The notes beneath the pieces were generated by a model. It had not been told where the DNA came from, made no database searches, and worked only from the letters and a program-made list of their open reading frames with translations. The position numbers and the translations under genes were made by a program. DNA of 64,000 bases from a virus, in the IMG/VR virus record IMGVR_UViG_3300032229_000759, positions 32,001-96,000 of that record. One strand, given 5' to 3'. Below, one piece after another: positions 40,872-50,952 of the stretch (the stretch's first letter is position 1; the number at the start of each line of letters is the position of its first letter).

Positions 40872-41271
40872 TTTTAATTCTGTCCTTCCATTCATCTAGT
40901 TTTTCGTGAAACGGCAACTCTATATAGCTGATACTATTGACATGGCACCACTCTTGTTTTTCTTGGTCTCTTTTTTTGTGTTTGATAAAACCTAATAAAT
41001 TATTATGATAAAAAGGCACAAACTTATAGTGTTGTTCACCATGTACTTCTATGCATCTCTTTAAAAGGGGTATATAAAAATCTAAGTATAATGTTTCAGA
41101 CCTTCTTAAGGGTATCGCTACTTCTTCCAAAACCTGCATAGTTGGAAATAGTTCATGTATTAAATTTCTAGCGGTTAGATGAAATGAAGATTTATTTTTT
41201 ATACTTCCATGGGCGATACCGCCTATTAATTGCCATTTTACGGTATTGCCATCTAAATCTTTGACATTCAT
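40852..41271 (-). CDS. Vsr/DUF559-like endonuclease
   Basis: LYLDFYIP..IEVHGEQHY..KRDQEKQEWC..I.YIELP. Confidence 0.7.
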   Translation of the reverse strand: MNVKDLDGNTVKWQLIGGIAHGSIKNKSSFHLTARNLIHELFPTMQVLEEVAIPLRRSETLYLDFYIPLLKRCIEVHGEQHYKFVPFYHNNLLGFIKHKKRDQEKQEWCHVNSISYIELPFHEKLDEWKDRIKNEHQNS

Positions 41272-42287
41272 TTGATACCCATGGTGCTTTTAACTTCTTT
41301 TAATAAGCTATGATAAACTTTGGGATTATCTACTAAATATTGTCTTAGCTTTTCTGTTCCTTGAAATTTGGGTTTGTCTTCTACAGAAGTAAGCGTGTAC
41401 CATGCTCCGCCCTTATGTATGAGTCCAATATCCACAGCCAACATCAATAACTCCATTTGCTTATCTATGCCTTGTCCATATCTGATATAGCTGGTTATAG
41501 TACCGCCAGGAGAACCTAAAGCAGAACAAATAACTTGCCATTGTATTTCTTGTCCAATTTGCTGACCATCTTCTGATGAACCAACTTTCCACGCTTTATG
41601 AAATTGTGCTCTCAGTTTAATATCTGTTTGGTAGGCAATAGCTTGTCCACTTTTTTCTTTCCATTCAACGTGACCAGTGCCGGGATTGCCCATTAAATGA
41701 GTAATACCAATAACAATATTTCTATTTACCGGAATAACGTTTGCTACTTTACGACAAAACTTAGCTAATAATTTAGCTCCGTCTGCTCTTTGCATCTTAT
41801 TCATATCCGATGTAATCTCGGTTTCTGTACATAAAGCAGAATACGAGTCTATGATTAAAACTGATCCTGGTATTTCGTTTATAATTCTTTCGGCGATCTG
41901 TAGATATTCTTCTGCGTGTAATATTTTTCCTTGTTGAGATCCTATGACATGAAAACGCTCTAGATTTAATCCTGGTATACCTTCCAAATCTCTCTTTTTT
42001 AATCTACCTTCTATATTTAGGTAATACACTTCTCTGCCTTCTTTAAAGCCAGCGTAAGCATATTCGGGTTTTTGTGCTGTTGCGGCAAAATCTAATGAGG
42101 TTGTGGTTTTTCCACACTTAGGTTGCCCTGTTAAAATCATGAAACTTCCTTCTGGTACTCCTCCATTTAAGATAATATCAAGAGAAGGACTTACTGGGAT
42201 TGTAATAAGTTTTTTATCAACAACGGCACTAGCAGTTAGCATAATTTCTGTGCCGAAATTTTTAATTACGTCATCTTTTAAACTCAT
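41268..42287 (-). CDS. recA: RecA/UvsX-like recombinase
   Basis: SLDIILNGGVP, GQPKCGKTT, IIDS, GQGID, GAWY, FQG. Confidence 0.88.
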   Translation of the reverse strand: MSLKDDVIKNFGTEIMLTASAVVDKKLITIPVSPSLDIILNGGVPEGSFMILTGQPKCGKTTTSLDFAATAQKPEYAYAGFKEGREVYYLNIEGRLKKRDLEGIPGLNLERFHVIGSQQGKILHAEEYLQIAERIINEIPGSVLIIDSYSALCTETEITSDMNKMQRADGAKLLAKFCRKVANVIPVNRNIVIGITHLMGNPGTGHVEWKEKSGQAIAYQTDIKLRAQFHKAWKVGSSEDGQQIGQEIQWQVICSALGSPGGTITSYIRYGQGIDKQMELLMLAVDIGLIHKGGAWYTLTSVEDKPKFQGTEKLRQYLVDNPKVYHSLLKEVKSTMGIK

Positions 42288-42718
42288 TGATCTAATCCTT
42301 TTAGTTTAGAAATAATATTTTTACCTGAAGAAATTTCTGTAGGCCCAAATGTCTTATTTTGATTTCTATTAATGGCCAGAGTAAGATTTTGATTTTCTTG
42401 TGTCATTAGAGTGATTTGTTCTTCTATTATAGAAGGTAAGTGAGGAGCCCGCAAAGAGTAAATTTTTTTACCCTGTGGTGTCTGTAGAGCGCGAACTATA
42501 GCTTTGGGCTCGTATTGTTTAACTAATTTATTAGCAGATGCTATTTGATTTCTATAAAAGGCTGCCCATTTTTTTTGAGTCCAAAATTTATAATGAAGAT
42601 CTGCTTTATCCAAAATAGCCTTGCGTTCACAAATCAATTCCGTAATGAACTGAGCAGCGGTGACTTGTTTGCCGTTAGAATATTTAGAAAGATACTTGTC
42701 TGGAGAATTATCCATCAT
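42284..42718 (-). CDS. Hypothetical protein
   Basis: ORF ATGA-coupled to recA; likely start 42718 or 42715. Confidence 0.55.
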   Translation of the reverse strand: MMDNSPDKYLSKYSNGKQVTAAQFITELICERKAILDKADLHYKFWTQKKWAAFYRNQIASANKLVKQYEPKAIVRALQTPQGKKIYSLRAPHLPSIIEEQITLMTQENQNLTLAINRNQNKTFGPTEISSGKNIISKLKGLDQ

Positions 42719-43121
42719 TTTTTGTATTAAAGTTTTGACAAGTTTTTTCCAAAGAATCGTGAAAGATTTCAAAAAATTTATTCATATATTGTTGATAATC
42801 TTCTTTGGCCTTAACAGGAATATGATAAAATTTTTCTAATACCTCTATATTATCTGATAAATATCCTTTACTATCAACCTCTGAGACTTCTGCTTTGATG
42901 GTTACTGTAATCTCATATGGTCCTACAGTCAGTGTTTTAGGATGTAAAACCTCTGGATGTTTACTACTAAAGTCGGGATTGTCAGACATCTTATCCCAAT
43001 GATCAAACTTATGTGTCTTAGCATCATGCAGCACAGAGGATAGTTTAGTCTCTATTTTTTCTAAGAGAGCCTTTTCTTCTGTGCTTAAATCTTTAAAGAT
43101 ATCTGTATGATCTTGATTCAT
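42708..43121 (-). CDS. Hypothetical protein
   Basis: 137-aa ORF in a tightly packed operon. Confidence 0.55.
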   Translation of the reverse strand: MNQDHTDIFKDLSTEEKALLEKIETKLSSVLHDAKTHKFDHWDKMSDNPDFSSKHPEVLHPKTLTVGPYEITVTIKAEVSEVDSKGYLSDNIEVLEKFYHIPVKAKEDYQQYMNKFFEIFHDSLEKTCQNFNTKNDG

Positions 43122-43468
43122 TTTTGATTAGGCCTAAAGATTCCCTTTTCTCTTTTTGGTATATTATGTGATGCTTTTTTAAATTCATCATTTAATTGAG
43201 AGGCTTCTTTGGTCATTATCGACACGTTTCGTGTTTTACCAGCGCTCTCTGTAATCATTAGATTTTTAGAACTGGGCTTTTTAACTGGAGAAGACACTGT
43301 TTTAATTTTTGAGGTTTCCTCGTCTTGAGTATTAGTTTTAATAACATTAGACACCTGAGTATCTGTTAAAGACAATTCACCAGAAATTTTAGACAGAGAC
43401 CATCCTTGACTATGTAGCCAAAGAGTCGCGTACTTTTGTGTTTTATTAACTCTAGACATTTCACTCAT
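43118..43468 (-). CDS. Putative HTH DNA-binding protein
   Basis: WLHSQGWSLSKISGELSLTDTQVSNVIK fits a helix-turn-helix pattern. Confidence 0.5.
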   Translation of the reverse strand: MSEMSRVNKTQKYATLWLHSQGWSLSKISGELSLTDTQVSNVIKTNTQDEETSKIKTVSSPVKKPSSKNLMITESAGKTRNVSIMTKEASQLNDEFKKASHNIPKREKGIFRPNQK

Positions 43469-43862
43469 CCTCTCTTTCTGCATTAGATAACCAAGCCGTA
43501 TTTTTAGTAGACAAAAACTTTACATACCACTCAAATACTTTTTGACTTACTTCCTTGTGTTTATTGTTAGATCTGCACACACGATCCAAAAAACTCTTTG
43601 GGTGTTCTTGACCATAAATAGACACAGGATTATAAAACTTGCCACTAGTATTAAGTCTAACAATATATTTTATAGTATTATCTTTGCGTATAATTTTTTT
43701 AGCAAAGACGCTCTCAGAATCTAATTTCACTCTAGGATTACCTTCTGTATCTATAAAGTCTTCTAATCCAGCGAGTGTATAATAGTTATCTTCTGATGAT
43801 GCATCGGTGCTTTCTGCGGTATATCTACTTTCTGGTTTATAAATAAAACTGTTGTCGCTCAT
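43461..43862 (-). CDS. Hypothetical protein
   Basis: ORF in the operon; likely start ATG 43862. Confidence 0.55.
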   Translation of the reverse strand: MSDNSFIYKPESRYTAESTDASSEDNYYTLAGLEDFIDTEGNPRVKLDSESVFAKKIIRKDNTIKYIVRLNTSGKFYNPVSIYGQEHPKSFLDRVCRSNNKHKEVSQKVFEWYVKFLSTKNTAWLSNAEREDE

Positions 43863-43876
43863 AATAAGTAGCCTCT

Positions 43877-44230
43877 CTATTTGGACCAACGATATTTAAA
43901 ATTGGGTTTTTGTATTCTAGACATGCCAGACGGTAATTCTTTGGTAGATTTTTGTTCTTTGTATTCGTTATGTTTTGATTCTAGATTAGCTTTATGGTCA
44001 CTGCTCATTTTATCTCTATTACGATTGGCTAAATCTCCAATAGTTTTTAGATCGCTATCATTTTTTATGACGGACGTATTTAAACTACCCAAATCCTCTA
44101 AATAGTTTCTAGATACAAAATCTATACTTTGGCATTGAGGACACATAGTTTTTTCTTTATATTCACGAATAGAACATACTATACTAAATACGGTATTACA
44201 TTTATCGCAAGAATATGTGTATTCAGGCAT
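43877..44230 (-). CDS. FmdB-family zinc-ribbon protein
   Basis: MPEYTYSCDKC..F......CPQC. Confidence 0.75.
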   Translation of the reverse strand: MPEYTYSCDKCNTVFSIVCSIREYKEKTMCPQCQSIDFVSRNYLEDLGSLNTSVIKNDSDLKTIGDLANRNRDKMSSDHKANLESKHNEYKEQKSTKELPSGMSRIQKPNFKYRWSK

Positions 44231-44810
44231 TATAATAAGACTCGGGTAGATAAACAGACCATTCCTCCGGTATGTCTGATCTTATCTTAAGGAGAAGGTT
44301 CGATACTGGCAAGTACTTTAAGCTTCTATTCGGGACTATAGGAAGATTTCTTAGTGGCATATTGGCCTGTGATGGTGTTCTATTACCCTTTTTTCTATTA
44401 CAGGCTACGCAGGCCGTAACTATATTAGTCCAACAAGTAGGTGAACCACTTTTATTTTTCCACACAGACTTAGGAATAACATGATCGTAGGTTAATTCTG
44501 CTGTGTCTTTTTGAATCCCACAGTATTGACAGCTATAACTATCCCTAATAAATAAATTTTTTCTCGAAAAATTCACACTTTGATAATTTATCTTAAAATA
44601 CTTAACAGTTTTTACTACTGCCGGGATGGGTATTTTTTTATTATTTGTGCCCTGTATATAATCGTTTTTATAGAAGTCAATAATATCAACGCCAAATTTA
44701 GAATTTAGCTGATGTTTACATGACCAAATAATAGCTCTTTTCCAACTAATAATACCCAAAGGAGAATAATCAGCATTTAATACCAAGCATTGACTATTTA
44801 TCTGTCTCAT
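44223..44810 (-). CDS. HNH endonuclease (McrA-like)
   Basis: LVLNADYSPL, RDSYSCQYCG, TYDHVIP, WTNIVTACVACNRKK. Confidence 0.88.
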   Translation of the reverse strand: MRQINSQCLVLNADYSPLGIISWKRAIIWSCKHQLNSKFGVDIIDFYKNDYIQGTNNKKIPIPAVVKTVKYFKINYQSVNFSRKNLFIRDSYSCQYCGIQKDTAELTYDHVIPKSVWKNKSGSPTCWTNIVTACVACNRKKGNRTPSQANMPLRNLPIVPNRSLKYLPVSNLLLKIRSDIPEEWSVYLPESYYNA

Positions 44811-45528
44811 GTTCGAAATTGTCTAATCTACTAATAATTTTTGCAATAATGGGATTTCTAACGATATCTGATAACTCTAATTTAGATATACCTATACCAT
44901 CAACACCAGACAAGGCTCTAATAACATTATAGAATCCACCTTGTATATGTTTATGTAAATCAGACTGACTGGTATCCCCAGTTAAAACCATTTTGCTACC
45001 ATTACCAATACGTGTCAATAACATTTTTAACTGATCATACGAAGCGTTTTGACATTCATCAGCAACAATAAATGCATTATGAAAATTACGACCTCTCATT
45101 AATCCTAATGGAACAATTTCTATTTTATTATTTGTTTTTAGGCTGCTATACATAGCAGAAGATATGAAGTGATTAACCTCATCAAATAATGGCAATAAAT
45201 ACGGGTGTAGTTTTTCTTCTGCTGTACCGGGTAAATATCCTATTTTTTCTCCTGATTCTACTACTGGTCTAGTAATAATAATCTTAGCTACTTTATTATC
45301 TAATAAATATTCTAAAGCCATGCCAATAGCAATGTGTGTTTTACCACTACCGGCAACTCCTTGACAAAAAGTAATCGTGTTTTCTGCTACTGCTCTGATA
45401 TATTCTTTTTGATTTTCTGATCTTGGTCTTAATCTATTCCTGTAAATTTGACTAGGCGACGAAATTTCGTTTGTAGCATCTATAGTTCTGGATTTTCTCT
45501 TGGCGCTTTTGTTATTTTTTTTTCTCAA
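44794..45528 (-). CDS. phoH: PhoH-family ATPase
   Basis: GVAGSGKT, ITRPVVESGEKIGYLPG, MRGRNF, DECQN, LTRIG, GDTSQSD, VRNP. Confidence 0.93.
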   Translation of the reverse strand: MRKKNNKSAKRKSRTIDATNEISSPSQIYRNRLRPRSENQKEYIRAVAENTITFCQGVAGSGKTHIAIGMALEYLLDNKVAKIIITRPVVESGEKIGYLPGTAEEKLHPYLLPLFDEVNHFISSAMYSSLKTNNKIEIVPLGLMRGRNFHNAFIVADECQNASYDQLKMLLTRIGNGSKMVLTGDTSQSDLHKHIQGGFYNVIRALSGVDGIGISKLELSDIVRNPIIAKIISRLDNFEHETDK

Positions 45529-45574
45529 TGCGTACCCTTTGACTATAAAGACAGGTATACCAATTTACATTAAT

Positions 45575-45581
45575 ATACACC
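45575..45581 (-). promoter_or_regulatory. Intergenic GGTGTAT motif upstream of phoH (candidate phage promoter)
   Basis: - strand reads GGTGTATATTAATG; the core recurs in three other gaps. Confidence 0.45.
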
Positions 45582-45597
45582 ACTTATATAGCATTTC

Positions 45598-46059
45598 TTA
45601 TTGTAATCCACTAGATCCAAAGCCTTTATTGGATCGACTAGTTTCTGACAAATCATTGGATTCCTCAAACTCAAAATTATAGTGTTTTTCGATGATTAAT
45701 TGGGCTATACGATCCCCTCCCTTTAATTTAATCGACTCATAGGGGTCTGTATTATGTAGCACCACTCCTAGTTCTCCTCTGTATGAAGAGTCAATCACTC
45801 CTGCTAAAACATCTAGGCCATTTTTAAAAGCCAAACCGGATCTTGGCGCTATTCTGCCATAATAGTGTTTGGGTATCTCCACCATCAATCCTGTTCTAAC
45901 CAATATTCGACCCAGAGGAGGAATATGTATATCGTCTAAACATCTAAGATCTACCCCGGCATCGTCTGGACTATTTCTAGATGGCCTGGATGCTCTAGAA
46001 TCAACAATTTTAAATTTAATGAAATGTGTGCCCTTATCCCCTGATATAGTTTTGATCAT
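45598..46059 (-). CDS. dut: Trimeric dUTPase
   Basis: AGVDL, IAPRSG, GVIDSSYRG, DRIAQL, R..GFGSSG; likely start ATG 46059 (ATGA overlap). Confidence 0.93.
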   Translation of the reverse strand: MIKTISGDKGTHFIKFKIVDSRASRPSRNSPDDAGVDLRCLDDIHIPPLGRILVRTGLMVEIPKHYYGRIAPRSGLAFKNGLDVLAGVIDSSYRGELGVVLHNTDPYESIKLKGGDRIAQLIIEKHYNFEFEESNDLSETSRSNKGFGSSGLQ

Positions 46060-48254
46060 AGCAGACAAGCCCCTCCAGCACAACTGATTTCTTCAATACC
46101 CACAGTATTATCTTCTGTTTCAGACAACTGGGTATAGTCTACTTTCTTAAACGAATCATATAAATCACAATATATTTTCCAGTTATATGCGTCTTTCATA
46201 CAATATGTTAATCGTCTTAAATCATCAGCAAAATATTTATTAGCAAATCTTTTCATTTTTGTTAAAAACAATAGTTTGTCTTGAGAATCTGCTTCTTTGC
46301 TTTGGTTAAGACTTACATAGTCACATGCTGCCCACAGATTATTATTGAAGGCATTTAAACCCAGCTCTATAAGTCCAGAACACCACAAAGCAGCGTCTCC
46401 ATATTCTTTAACTATTTCACGACTAGTGTAAACTGTAGTGAATGGGGCTTGAGGATAATCTTTGTCTCCACTTTGAGGTATTAAAGAAATGCCTGCAAAA
46501 TACTTACGATTATCATATATAAACTGAGTTACATCATCCCACTCATCTGGCTTTACTGTCACTGTATTGCTTACATTATGACTCAAATATTCTTGAGTAC
46601 ATAAAGATCTGTTCTTTCCGGACTGCACCCAATTCTTTTGGGTTTCTTTTACTACTTTTAACATCTCGACAGCGGGAAGCTGATTCTTTAATTTAGCTCC
46701 GTCTGGCACTTCAATAGGAAACTTAACCACCTCGTCTGTATTGTTCGCGGACCATACAGACTTTGCACACGCTTGAGGATTAACTTTCTTAAAGTGTTGA
46801 TATGGTGCTTCTAAAACATTTGCCTGTACATGGCGAATATATCTTTTTGCATGATGGGGATGTATGCCAGAACTTGTACCCAACATACTAGAAGATGTTC
46901 CTTCTGGCTTTAGGCATGTAACTCTAGCAGCCTGATTGATTTTGATCTTGGTCGCAATTTTTTTATTGGTATCTACTGCTATTTTTGCACCCTTGGTCAA
47001 AACCTTTTCAGATAATACTAATTCATGCTTTTCCATAGTACCGGTCAATGACACACCAAGCAAAGCTTCTCTATTAAAAATTCTTTCGCTAATTTCTCCT
47101 AAATAGTCTAGCTTAGTAAAACCTGCTTGTAGTGTACCTATAATAGCTGCGGCTTTACAAGACTCAAAAAAATCATCTTCATCTACTACAGAAGAACAAT
47201 TAATAGTAGATAAATTACATCCTTGCCATCCGCTTTTACCTGTCACTTCATCTACTGGCCACATACCTATTTCTACACAAGGATTAAAAATCATAGCATC
47301 AGATTCGCTCCAAATAAATCCGGGTTCTCCGAATTCTTTCACTGATTGCATAAGCTTGGAAAAATCTTCAAACTTCGTAGACTCTTTAATTAATAGTGCA
47401 GAATTATTGCTTCTGGCTCTTTGTGGATTGTCCATGTACCAGTTGCCGGTCTTTGCTTTAGCCATTTCTTCATCATCATGACTAAATAGTGCTAATGATG
47501 CACTTCTACGAACACCGCCTGATAGTACAGCATCACTACTGTGCATAACAATATCGTATGCATCAATCGGCTTTAATTTTTTTTGCCCATTATTAATACA
47601 TCTATCCAATAATGCTCGAATTTTTTCTAAACCATTTGCTAAAGGCTCATGTCCTGGTGCTTTACCTACGCCCGAAGCTAACGAAGAACCTTTTGGCCTA
47701 ATATTAGAATAATCAAAAATAATATTGGTATTTTTATATTGCTTGAATTCATCCACGGGCTTACTAAAATATGAGCTTAATAAAACACCCAGAGCATCAG
47801 ACCAACCTTCGATACTATCTTCTATAGTATATGTAATAGTATTTTTTATAGTATTTTTTGGATTATGTTCTAATTCTGGTAATTTAGCGACGTGATGCTT
47901 TTGTACGCTAAAACCAGTGCCGCTACCACACAACAGCAACCAGAAACATTCTTGAAAAAATCTGAGACGATCACAATAACTAGCAGTACAATTATAAATT
48001 TTAGCGTTACGTTTTAGAATGGGATCTCCACCAAACTGTAAGGCTCTTTGACTACCTAATACTTTTCTTTTATACATCATATCATAAGCCCAGTCGATAT
48101 CTTCGGCTATGCCAAACTCATCGTACTTGAGATGCATCATATTCCTAACTCTGTCTACCGCTTCTTTCCACGTTTCTCTGCGATTTTTGTCTTCTAACCA
48201 ACGAGCATATTTGCTAACGAATGTATAATTTTGTAGCTCTTGAATAGCAGACAT
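46056..48254 (-). CDS. nrdJ: Class II (adenosylcobalamin-dependent) ribonucleotide reductase
   Basis: RRETW, YNC, GSGTGF, GGVRRSA, NPCVEI, CNL, KPEGT, C-terminal CAGGAC; no beta-subunit gene adjacent. Confidence 0.85.
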   Translation of the reverse strand: MSAIQELQNYTFVSKYARWLEDKNRRETWKEAVDRVRNMMHLKYDEFGIAEDIDWAYDMMYKRKVLGSQRALQFGGDPILKRNAKIYNCTASYCDRLRFFQECFWLLLCGSGTGFSVQKHHVAKLPELEHNPKNTIKNTITYTIEDSIEGWSDALGVLLSSYFSKPVDEFKQYKNTNIIFDYSNIRPKGSSLASGVGKAPGHEPLANGLEKIRALLDRCINNGQKKLKPIDAYDIVMHSSDAVLSGGVRRSASLALFSHDDEEMAKAKTGNWYMDNPQRARSNNSALLIKESTKFEDFSKLMQSVKEFGEPGFIWSESDAMIFNPCVEIGMWPVDEVTGKSGWQGCNLSTINCSSVVDEDDFFESCKAAAIIGTLQAGFTKLDYLGEISERIFNREALLGVSLTGTMEKHELVLSEKVLTKGAKIAVDTNKKIATKIKINQAARVTCLKPEGTSSSMLGTSSGIHPHHAKRYIRHVQANVLEAPYQHFKKVNPQACAKSVWSANNTDEVVKFPIEVPDGAKLKNQLPAVEMLKVVKETQKNWVQSGKNRSLCTQEYLSHNVSNTVTVKPDEWDDVTQFIYDNRKYFAGISLIPQSGDKDYPQAPFTTVYTSREIVKEYGDAALWCSGLIELGLNAFNNNLWAACDYVSLNQSKEADSQDKLLFLTKMKRFANKYFADDLRRLTYCMKDAYNWKIYCDLYDSFKKVDYTQLSETEDNTVGIEEISCAGGACLL

Positions 48255-48315
48255 AAAATCTCCTTTAATGATATTTATTGTTTATTAGAATTTAAATTTT
48301 TAGGATAGTAAACCT

Positions 48316-48322
48316 ATACACC
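48316..48322 (-). promoter_or_regulatory. Intergenic GGTGTAT motif upstream of nrdJ
   Basis: - strand reads GGTGTATAGGTTTA. Confidence 0.4.
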
Positions 48323-48324
48323 AG

Positions 48325-49155
48325 TCAAATAGTATGCTTCTGCTCATTCAAGAAATGCATATGACATAAATTTCCAAGCTCAGAATAAGCGATGTTTTTG
48401 TGACTACCATCATGAATCTGGTTAATGTATATCCAATTAATAATTTTTTTTGTGCTATCTTCTGATAGCAAATATTCCATACTCAAATTATTTTTATCTA
48501 CGGTAGCTTTAATCATATGCTCACAATCACAACCCTGGATTGCATGCCATGGCTGAATACCCGGGTTTTGTTGACATATTTGATCGTATTTATTTTTTAA
48601 ATCATAAATTTCATCACGACTAGGAATAAAATTGATTGCTTTTTTGATAATATAAAAATTAGTCTGTGGATAACAATATTTTGTATCTAATATGGCTTGA
48701 CATAATTCGTTTTGGTTATAATCAGAAAAAGCTCCGTAGCCGATATTATTGATATAATAAAAGTCTTTGTTGGCAGACACCTGTTTATTAAAAATAGATG
48801 CTTCTACTAAAACATCATTAGATAATTTCCATACATAGTCATAATCCAAAGACTTAACATAATCAAAAATTATCGAGTCAGATAAAAATGTACCAAAAGT
48901 ATGTCCTAAATTTTCCGTGACCACAATATGTATTTTACTATTGGGTATAAGTGGAGACAGCGTTGCTTCTACCTTATTGATCAGGTCTTGCTGTCCATTT
49001 AATGAGAAGACTAAATCCCTAAATCTGCTTAAAAATGATCTATTAATAGATACATATGTAGACAAAATATCGAGATCACCAGTACTCTTGAGCGTTCCTA
49101 CGGAACCATATATAGACCTATCAACAATTTCACCTAGGGTTATTGAACTTTCCAA
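48325..49155 (-). CDS. Hypothetical protein, GT-A-like
   Basis: NLGHTFG..D, YDYVWKLSNDV; start uncertain (TTG 49155 or ATA 49143). Confidence 0.45.
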   Translation of the reverse strand: MESSITLGEIVDRSIYGSVGTLKSTGDLDILSTYVSINRSFLSRFRDLVFSLNGQQDLINKVEATLSPLIPNSKIHIVVTENLGHTFGTFLSDSIIFDYVKSLDYDYVWKLSNDVLVEASIFNKQVSANKDFYYINNIGYGAFSDYNQNELCQAILDTKYCYPQTNFYIIKKAINFIPSRDEIYDLKNKYDQICQQNPGIQPWHAIQGCDCEHMIKATVDKNNLSMEYLLSEDSTKKIINWIYINQIHDGSHKNIAYSELGNLCHMHFLNEQKHTI

Positions 49156-50144
49156 AATGAATAAATCCCCTTGTCTAACTCGTAAGAATCCCATATAAAC
49201 TGCTGTCTGGATGGTTGTGCTTGAGCCCACGACCACATATCAGACAAGCCATCCTGCAAAGATGTTATATGTCTAAATCCAAGAATGTCAACAGATTTTT
49301 GATACGTGGGAAAAGCATATTTAACCTCGTGTCTACCTTCTAGATAAACTTTACTGCCTCCGCCCATCACTTGAATTAAAACATCTGCTGCGTTATCAAT
49401 AGTGCATTCGTGTATGCCTCCCAGATTAATAATTTGTTTGGAAGCCGAGGGTAAAACAGCAGAAAGGAATAATGGCTCTAGGCTATCATCAATATAGCTG
49501 AAAGCCCTTTGCTGTTGTCCGTCTCCAAAAATAGTAATAGGTTTATTATTCAAGTGTTGGTTCATCCATATGCCTAGAACATTACGATACTTATCCCAAA
49601 TATTCTGTTTTTTTCCATAGACATTATGAGGTCTAATAATGCACCAATCCAAGTTGTGTTGTTGACCAGCTGATTGTATATCCATCTCACAAGCAAACTT
49701 GGCTATTCCATACGGATCAATGGGCTGAGGAATCATCGCTTCATCAAATGGTGTTGGATTATTTCCATAAACAGCCATACTAGAAGTGAACACCAATCTT
49801 TTTACGTTATGCTTAATGCAATTATTGATTACGTTCGCTGTGCAAATTAAATTATTTTTGTAGTTAAATTTTCTAATAAATGGACTCAAGCCTTCCGCCG
49901 CATATGCCGCTAAATGAAACACATAATCCGGCTGTGTTTGTTCAAAAATTTCATCCACTTTACGATCTAGCAAATTAATTGGATAAAAGTTTACTTGAGG
50001 ATGTATATTTTCAATATATCCTCCGCTCAGATCATCTATGCCATAAACATTATATTCATTAAAATATTTAGTTATAATATAGTCAGCTAAATTAGAACCC
50101 AATAATCCTGCGGCCCCGGTAATTAAAATATTTTTTTTATTCAT
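49140..50144 (-). CDS. NAD-dependent nucleotide-sugar epimerase/dehydratase
   Basis: ITGAAGLLG, DDLSGG, FTSSMAVYG, YGIAK, RPHNVYG. Confidence 0.92.
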   Translation of the reverse strand: MNKKNILITGAAGLLGSNLADYIITKYFNEYNVYGIDDLSGGYIENIHPQVNFYPINLLDRKVDEIFEQTQPDYVFHLAAYAAEGLSPFIRKFNYKNNLICTANVINNCIKHNVKRLVFTSSMAVYGNNPTPFDEAMIPQPIDPYGIAKFACEMDIQSAGQQHNLDWCIIRPHNVYGKKQNIWDKYRNVLGIWMNQHLNNKPITIFGDGQQQRAFSYIDDSLEPLFLSAVLPSASKQIINLGGIHECTIDNAADVLIQVMGGGSKVYLEGRHEVKYAFPTYQKSVDILGFRHITSLQDGLSDMWSWAQAQPSRQQFIWDSYELDKGIYSFWKVQ

Positions 50145-50952
50145 AAAAATTAATACCTCTAATTATTTCTTTTGCATTTGGCTTGTGAGAATTTGAGGGC
50201 CTGTGTATATATGGAGCAAATCCCCATTTTTGAGCAAATATTGTGGATGCTATCTGCTCGCTGCCGATAAAGGTGCTAGCATCATTTGTATCTGTAGATT
50301 TTTTAGTTGCTATACTACCAAAATGATAAAAATTTAAATTTCTAGTACGCATAAATGTTATGTTTAATAGTTCTAGTTTGAGGAAAAAATCCCAGTCACA
50401 AACAAACGGAGACGGATAAATTAAATCAAAACCACCTACGGCCATAAATAATTTTTTACTAATGCAGAATGGAAATATCTCTCCGTCGTTCGTTAGTTCT
50501 TCTGAGGTTCTAAAAGAGGGTTCTATTTCTAAAAATTCTCTGTATCTGAAATCATCTACTGATCCAAAGTCGTGCGTGATAAAATTAAAAATACTATGTT
50601 GTTTTTCTATTTGATTTGGGGATATCACCACATTCTGAGTCATCTTATCACATAAAATGCGATCCCATTCTTTTGGAAAAACATTATCGTCATTTAGAAT
50701 TAATAACCAAGAATGATGAGCATAATATGCTCCTATATTAATAGAGAACGGCATGCCTTTATTTTGTGGATTAATAACAAAATGAACATACGGATTTTCT
50801 TGATACGATAGTATGATAGATTCATATAATTCTGGAAATCCATCAATTACACAGATGAGTTCGCTTTCGGTTGTTCTGGTTTCTAAAAAAGACTGAATAC
50901 AAAAGCTTAAGCACTTGGGGTTTTTAAACGATGGAACAATCGCTGAAATCAT
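50137..50952 (-). CDS. Glycosyltransferase family 2
   Basis: ISAIVPS, CVIDG, ILNDD, VGGFD, DWDF; likely start ATG 50952. Confidence 0.85.
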   Translation of the reverse strand: MISAIVPSFKNPKCLSFCIQSFLETRTTESELICVIDGFPELYESIILSYQENPYVHFVINPQNKGMPFSINIGAYYAHHSWLLILNDDNVFPKEWDRILCDKMTQNVVISPNQIEKQHSIFNFITHDFGSVDDFRYREFLEIEPSFRTSEELTNDGEIFPFCISKKLFMAVGGFDLIYPSPFVCDWDFFLKLELLNITFMRTRNLNFYHFGSIATKKSTDTNDASTFIGSEQIASTIFAQKWGFAPYIHRPSNSHKPNAKEIIRGINFYE

